Source: Candidatus Bathyarchaeota archaeon
Lineage (GTDB): Archaea; Thermoproteota; Bathyarchaeia; Bathyarchaeales; Bathycorpusculaceae
Direction of reading: 5' to 3'
Assembly: GCA_963826715.1 (NCBI GenBank)
Contig: CAWGYA010000002.1
Coordinates: 160,001 to 224,000, forward strand
DNA: 64,000 bases
In this document: piece after piece, positions 60,633-64,000 of the stretch
How the letters are laid out: the number at the start of each line of letters is the position of its first letter
Numbering within the stretch: the first letter of the stretch is position 1
Made by a program: the position numbers and the translations under genes
Notes under the pieces: generated by a model
Database searches by the model: none
Seen by the model: the letters and a program-made list of their open reading frames with translations, nothing else
What the model was told of the DNA's origin: nothing

Positions 60633-61787
60633 TTAGCTACGTTTGATATGAAACTGTTCAATGGTATCTTTGGCTTTTTCTCTGCGTTTCTGATGCTGCT
60701 CCAGGAAGATACTAAGTTTTTCAGCAATATCTTTTTTGCACTCCCCGCAAAGCATTTCTCCGCCTCGGCATTTGCGTTCACGCTCTGTTAGTTTAGAACT
60801 ATCTTCTTCAAAGAGAAACACGTAATACTGAAAAATGCTACAGACTGCCGGGTCAGCTCCTTCTTTGCGCTGCTCCGCCGCAGTTCCCTTGCCGCCAGTG
60901 AAGGCATTCCATATTTTCTTTTTCACAACATCAGGCTGGTCCACTGTGAATATACTGGTTTCAGGCAACGAAGCACTCATTTTGCCGCCCGCCCCCAATC
61001 CAGGGAGGAAGCGACAATGAATTTGCGCAGGTTTGTAATATCCCAGCTTCTGCGCCACATCGCGAGTAACGCGCCAATATGGATCTTGGTCTATGGCTGC
61101 TGGAATAAGCGCTGGAACGTTTTCGCCGGTAAGTTTCTTATGAATAAAGCATGGAGCGGCTTGAATTGCAGGCCAATACACCCATCCAATGTTGGTGCTG
61201 TCTTGGAAGCCAAAGCTACTACGAGCAGTACTATAAGTTATGCGTTTAGCTACTTCAAGAGTAATGTCGTAGAGCAGGTCTATGTCTTTTGTATCATAAA
61301 TAATGAAGGTATCATCAGGTTTGTAACCTAAAGCGATGAGGTCAAGCGCATTTTCGTAACTCCACTTTGCCGTATTTTTGAGATCAGCGTTATCGCTAAT
61401 AAGGTATTTCTCATCGTCAGTTATTTGAAAATAAAGACGTGTTTTAAATTTCTGTTGAATATGCAACGTAAAGATCCACGGCACCAAATGTCCAATGTGT
61501 ACGGGTCCACTAGGACCTCTGCCGGTATAGAGTACAAATTTTGTGCCATTATCATAGAGGTCAAGGATTGTCTCGAGATCTCGGTGGCTAAAAAAAATCT
61601 GACGTTCTAGCTGCAGATGTAGTTTATCGGTATATTTGCTGACTCGTGATAAGAGTTCGGGTGTAAGGGGTTGGGTGCCAAATTCCTTAATGAGACGTTC
61701 ATAATCCACTTTGCCTTTGACTTCCCAAGGAGTAACGACCATTTCGTTGTTGTTTTCTTCTGCAGTTGGTTGAGCCGTACTGTTCAC
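60633..61787 (-). CDS. trpS: Tryptophan--tRNA ligase
   Basis: VTPWEV, YTGRGPS..HIGH, IDQDPY, KMSAS. Confidence 0.97.
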   Translation of the reverse strand: MNSTAQPTAEENNNEMVVTPWEVKGKVDYERLIKEFGTQPLTPELLSRVSKYTDKLHLQLERQIFFSHRDLETILDLYDNGTKFVLYTGRGPSGPVHIGHLVPWIFTLHIQQKFKTRLYFQITDDEKYLISDNADLKNTAKWSYENALDLIALGYKPDDTFIIYDTKDIDLLYDITLEVAKRITYSTARSSFGFQDSTNIGWVYWPAIQAAPCFIHKKLTGENVPALIPAAIDQDPYWRVTRDVAQKLGYYKPAQIHCRFLPGLGAGGKMSASLPETSIFTVDQPDVVKKKIWNAFTGGKGTAAEQRKEGADPAVCSIFQYYVFLFEEDSSKLTERERKCRGGEMLCGECKKDIAEKLSIFLEQHQKRREKAKDTIEQFHIKRS

Positions 61788-62132
61788 CGAGCCTTTTAGA
61801 GGAGAAACGGTGTTTTGTCATATATGCTTTTTCGAGATTAAAAAAGAGTAATAACAGAAAATTCAGCGAAATGGAAAATTTATCGACCATTAAAATATTT
61901 TTTTAAGTCCAAATAAACGTAAATTCCTTGGAGATAGAACCTAATTATCAATTTTTTTATTCTTTCCAGTTAATTTGGCAGAAGAAGAAGCAACCCCCCA
62001 CCAAGTCATTTCTTCTATTGAAAACAAAAATCTGTTTTTTATTCGATTTTTTAATTAGCCCCTTTTATTGCTAAGGTTTACTGTTTCGTTAAGCAACCAC
62101 AATAAACAAACCCTACTCACTAAACAAAAAAA

Positions 62133-62720
62133 TCAGCCTTGGTGTTCTTTGGTCTTAAGCCAAGCCAAAAAAGCCTCTCTTACCGACAGTGGATTCTCAA
62201 AAACATGCACATCTTCCATTGCCTCAAGCTTTCGTACCTGCGCTGCTTCTTCTTTGCGTACGCGTATTTTCATGTCTTTACCGTTAGGAAGTTTAGTGTA
62301 GATTACGCTTTCCTTAAAATCTACAGGCATAATCCATATTGGCACGAAGGCTTTAAGCGCCATAAGAGCCGCATTTGTAAGCAGGGTGTCGCTAATACTA
62401 TTAACGATTTTCGCCACAGTATTAGACGATGCGGGCATTATTAGCAAAAACTGGTATCTTTGGCTCTGAACCATCCCAGCCAAAAAAGGTACATTAGAAT
62501 TAACTTCAACCCTAACCTTTGGAAAAATCGTCTTAATTTCTTCATCGAGACTGTAGAATTTAAGCATGGTATCTGCAGCTTTGGAGATATAAACATCAAA
62601 ATCCACCAAGCCTTCAGCGCGTAGTTTTAACTCTTTCATAGTTTCAACTATTTCTGCTATTTTGTCACCAGCGCCCGTAATCCCCCAGGCAACTTTGAGT
62701 TTCTTGGGTTTTTCAGCCAT
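62133..62720 (-). CDS. afpA: Archaeoflavoprotein AfpA
   Basis: VAWGITGAG, PASSNTVAKI..ISDTL, MPVD. Confidence 0.8.
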   Translation of the reverse strand: MAEKPKKLKVAWGITGAGDKIAEIVETMKELKLRAEGLVDFDVYISKAADTMLKFYSLDEEIKTIFPKVRVEVNSNVPFLAGMVQSQRYQFLLIMPASSNTVAKIVNSISDTLLTNAALMALKAFVPIWIMPVDFKESVIYTKLPNGKDMKIRVRKEEAAQVRKLEAMEDVHVFENPLSVREAFLAWLKTKEHQG

Positions 62721-62731
62721 AACAATCTCTC

Positions 62732-63334
62732 TCATTTTCCTTTTTTAGCGTAAAGTTCCAGGTACTCTGAAAATCGTTTAATTGCCTTCCGTAAACTCCT
62801 CGCGCCTTCTGCATCCTGCTTGACGCCTTCTAAACTGTCTTTGCTCCAGAAGTTAGCGCCTAAATTTGCGCCAAAAGGTCCGCCACTAACTGGAATCATG
62901 CCATTTATAATGAAAAAAGTGTGAATTTGCCAAAGGGCCAATTCCTGCCCGCCTGCGCGGTCACCACCGATGGTTATACCAATACCAATTTTTCCTTTGA
63001 AAAAGTTTTTATCGGCAGCAACCAACGAACGTGTTCGATCCATCATCGTTTTGAGTTGGGCAGATACACCACCGTTGTAGACTGGTGTCGCGAGGATAAT
63101 GCCATTGGCTTTTGCGAACATCTCATAGAGATCTTCGAGGTCATCTTGGTAGGTACAAACTTTGTTAGTTAAGCAGAAATCGCAGTGCGCACAAAACTCC
63201 ATCCATTTTCCGCGGACAGTCCAGAGCTGGGTTTCAAAACCCTTCTCCTTGAGCATTGATAGTGCTTGCTCAAGAACATATTCAGTGGCCTGTCGCCTCG
63301 GGCTTCCGCATACACCAACAATCATTAGTATCAA
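62732..63334 (-). CDS. Iron-sulfur flavoprotein (Isf/flavodoxin-fold)
   Basis: GSPR, CAHCDFC....C...DD, TPVY, GG.R.GGQE. Confidence 0.88.
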   Translation of the reverse strand: MILMIVGVCGSPRRQATEYVLEQALSMLKEKGFETQLWTVRGKWMEFCAHCDFCLTNKVCTYQDDLEDLYEMFAKANGIILATPVYNGGVSAQLKTMMDRTRSLVAADKNFFKGKIGIGITIGGDRAGGQELALWQIHTFFIINGMIPVSGGPFGANLGANFWSKDSLEGVKQDAEGARSLRKAIKRFSEYLELYAKKGK

Positions 63335-63707
63335 TTAATTGAAGAGACTAAGGCAAAATAAAGCTTACCTAAAAACCTAAACTCAAGCGCAAATATAGAG
63401 GAAAAAATCGCACAGCTTTAATCTTTAAATTATAAAAAGTTAGTAAAAAAGAAAACATTTTGCAAGCAGCAGGATATAAAGTAACCCTTAAAATGAAAAC
63501 TGACCGCAAACGTTTCTTAGAAAAAATTAACGCATAGTCTTGGGTCTAAAATGTGGTTAAGAAAACGGGGTGTAATAGAGGAAGAAAACTAACCGAAATT
63601 CTCAGCTTTTTCGCTACAAATAAATGCAAAAATTTTGGATCCTAAAATTTGAATATTTTGTAAAACAGAAAATAAAAGAAGCAAAATGGGGAACGAGAAG
63701 AGTAAAA

Positions 63708-64000
63708 TTACTCTTTCTCGAAATATTCTTCTGCCTTTGGCGGAACCGGCGGTAATCCTCGGCGCTCTCGAATCTTTTTGACAGTTTCTGCCTGCATCTG
63801 CTCTGGAACGTATGCCCATCTGCTGAACTGAGTAGCCCAGAAGGCACGTCCCTGGGTGCTGCTACGGAGTTCGTCAGCTATACCAAAAGATTCAGAAACT
63901 GGCATTTCTGCTTTGACGGTAATCATGTCTTCTTCAGAGGGCATGTCGAGGATTTTGCCACGACGTTTATTTAGCAATGTGATAACGCTGCTAACATAAT
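63708..64000 (-). CDS. fusA: Elongation factor EF-2, C-terminal part (gene begins beyond the window)
   Basis: KRRG.I, PVSESFG..ELRSSTQGRAFW, IRERRGL. Confidence 0.92.
   Translation of the reverse strand, partial: YVSSVITLLNKRRGKILDMPSEEDMITVKAEMPVSESFGIADELRSSTQGRAFWATQFSRWAYVPEQMQAETVKKIRERRGLPPVPPKAEEYFEKE

Overview
64 kb of archaeal chromosome, most consistent with Bathyarchaeia. This placement is inferred from the gene repertoire: HdrA-MvhD fusion, AfpA, split (alpha/beta) tRNA splicing endonuclease, ESCRT-III, an eL22-like protein and secreted beta-propeller proteins. Most of the window is housekeeping (purA, glyS, hisS, trpS, glnA, nadA, mtnA, EF-2 3' end). There are two accessory blocks. 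The first is a decaying defence islet downstream of tRNA-Ala(GGC) (about 26.1-31.8 kb) with a DUF5343-like/REase pair, a TIR-like pseudogene and an MjaI-type RM system. The second is a ~5.9 kb integrated primase-helicase/tyrosine-integrase element (about 35.67-41.62 kb). It splits a host locus of three paralogous pol-beta-type nucleotidyltransferases plus a CitG homolog, which I propose as a candidate cofactor-tail (methanopterin-like) assembly module. Other highlights are a divergent cis-prenyltransferase coupled to a UbiA gene, an unannotated C/D box sRNA predicted to guide 16S Cm1402, several unannotated Cys-rich microproteins, and three +1 frameshifts that look like assembly errors. All family assignments come from motif recognition by eye; no database searches were run.
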